Shown piece after piece: positions 63,094 through 64,000 of a stretch of DNA of 64,000 bases. The notes under the pieces are model-generated. The model saw nothing but the letters and a program-made list of their open reading frames with translations. It did no database searches and was not told where the DNA came from. How positions within the stretch are numbered: position 1 is the stretch's first letter; each line of letters starts with the position of its first letter. This DNA comes from Albugo candida (lineage: Eukaryota): contig JBDOQK010000013.1 of NCBI GenBank assembly GCA_040437565.1, forward strand, positions 1-64,000. Direction: 5' to 3'. Both the position numbers and the translations under genes were made by a program.

Positions 63094-64000
63094 ATGCCCA
63101 ATCAGAGTTCCCATTCGATTCTGCCGCTCGTTAAAGACGGAAAATGCGTATCTTCTGATCAGGACGTTCCTTCCTTGACATTCTCACAAGGACGTCAAGA
63201 ACATCAACAGACTAAGCGATTCCTCTTTTTCCTCGTACCAGCATTGGATGTTACTTCTGAAACCACCAATTTTATCCTTCAGGCGCTTCGAAGCACTGCC
63301 GGTGTGAATTTGGTGCAATTGGATGCGTATGAAAATTTGATGCAGATTGAGATAAATCAGCACGAATTGCTAGATCCTTCCATCAATTGGGACACCCGTC
63401 TTGCTGAGATTATGGAGAAGGCTGATATCACGAATTCGACGACCGCGTACCCTGTTTGGAAGCATCGAGATCGTGTTGTACTGCTCAAGATCGACGGCAT
63501 GCAATGCATGAGAAATTGTGGCACACAAGTGATCCAAGCGCTCGAGCCTATCCCGGGTGTACTAGATATTCATGTCGATTCAAAAACCAAAATGGCAGCA
63601 ATCACTTTGGCTAAAGGATGCACAGTTACGGCTGTGGATTTGATAAAATGTATCCGAGCCAAAAATGCTCGTTTTGATGCGTTTTTGTGTTCGGAAAACG
63701 AAAAAGTTGTGCAGTCCACCGGAGCAGTATTACTTCGCATCCATGGAATGAACAAAGTAAATGGCGGAGCTGTGATGGTCCAAAAAGCACTTGAGAAAGT
63801 AGAAGGAGTCCTTACTGTCACAGTGGATGGAAAACATAAACGTGCGACTGTGTTACTGAAGACAGGAAGCCAAGTTTCCGTTAAAAAGTTGATTCAGGCT
63901 GCGAACAGGCTTGATGAAGCCATCCAAGCTTCTTTATTTCAGCCTTTTAGTGCGTCAAGGAAGGTGGTGCTGGAGACTCAAGGTGATTTGACTCAGTATA
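63094..64000 (+). CDS. 5' part of an HMA-repeat protein, probably a P1B copper-transporting ATPase (runs off the window; absent from the ORF track)
   Basis: Open frame from ATG 63094 to the window end. HMA repeat VLLKIDGMQCMRNCGTQVIQALEPIPGVLDIHVD and a second repeat LLRIHGMNKVNGGAVMVQKALEKVEGVLTVTVD. Confidence 0.85.
   Translation, partial: MPNQSSHSILPLVKDGKCVSSDQDVPSLTFSQGRQEHQQTKRFLFFLVPALDVTSETTNFILQALRSTAGVNLVQLDAYENLMQIEINQHELLDPSINWDTRLAEIMEKADITNSTTAYPVWKHRDRVVLLKIDGMQCMRNCGTQVIQALEPIPGVLDIHVDSKTKMAAITLAKGCTVTAVDLIKCIRAKNARFDAFLCSENEKVVQSTGAVLLRIHGMNKVNGGAVMVQKALEKVEGVLTVTVDGKHKRATVLLKTGSQVSVKKLIQAANRLDEAIQASLFQPFSASRKVVLETQGDLTQY

Overview
Eukaryotic genomic DNA, most likely a compact-genome oomycete (Albugo-like). 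This is inferred from short GT-AG introns, oomycete-type Inr/FPR core promoter motifs, a GMxCxxNC HMA motif and oomycete-type Copia gag. The window has two parts. About 1-23 kb is a transposon graveyard: two Ty1/Copia remnants (one with PPT and a 3' LTR), a Ty3/Gypsy remnant, a 532-bp Mutator-type MITE with an 8-bp TSD, an L1/Tx1-like LINE, and a full-length RTE-like LINE with an 11-bp TSD. The same part holds a decayed PRP6 pseudogene, an intact secreted effector-like gene and a ~150-bp-arm inverted repeat. About 24-64 kb is gene-dense: RAPTOR, meckelin/MKS3, a small membrane protein, a coiled-coil protein, POLA2 head-to-head with APEX2, a CAMK-group kinase, a large BEACH-WD40 protein, an internally deleted MULE, Gln-dependent NAD synthetase, an FHA + adaptin-appendage protein and the 5' end of an HMA-repeat gene (probable Cu-ATPase). 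Most 100-N gaps are flanked by direct duplications that are assembly artefacts. The most promising novel leads are the FHA / helical / tepsin-like SAFxFL motif / double adaptin-appendage protein (possible AP-4-linked adaptor) and the effector-like gene with its adjacent hairpin locus. All calls come from reading the sequence by eye; no database search was run.
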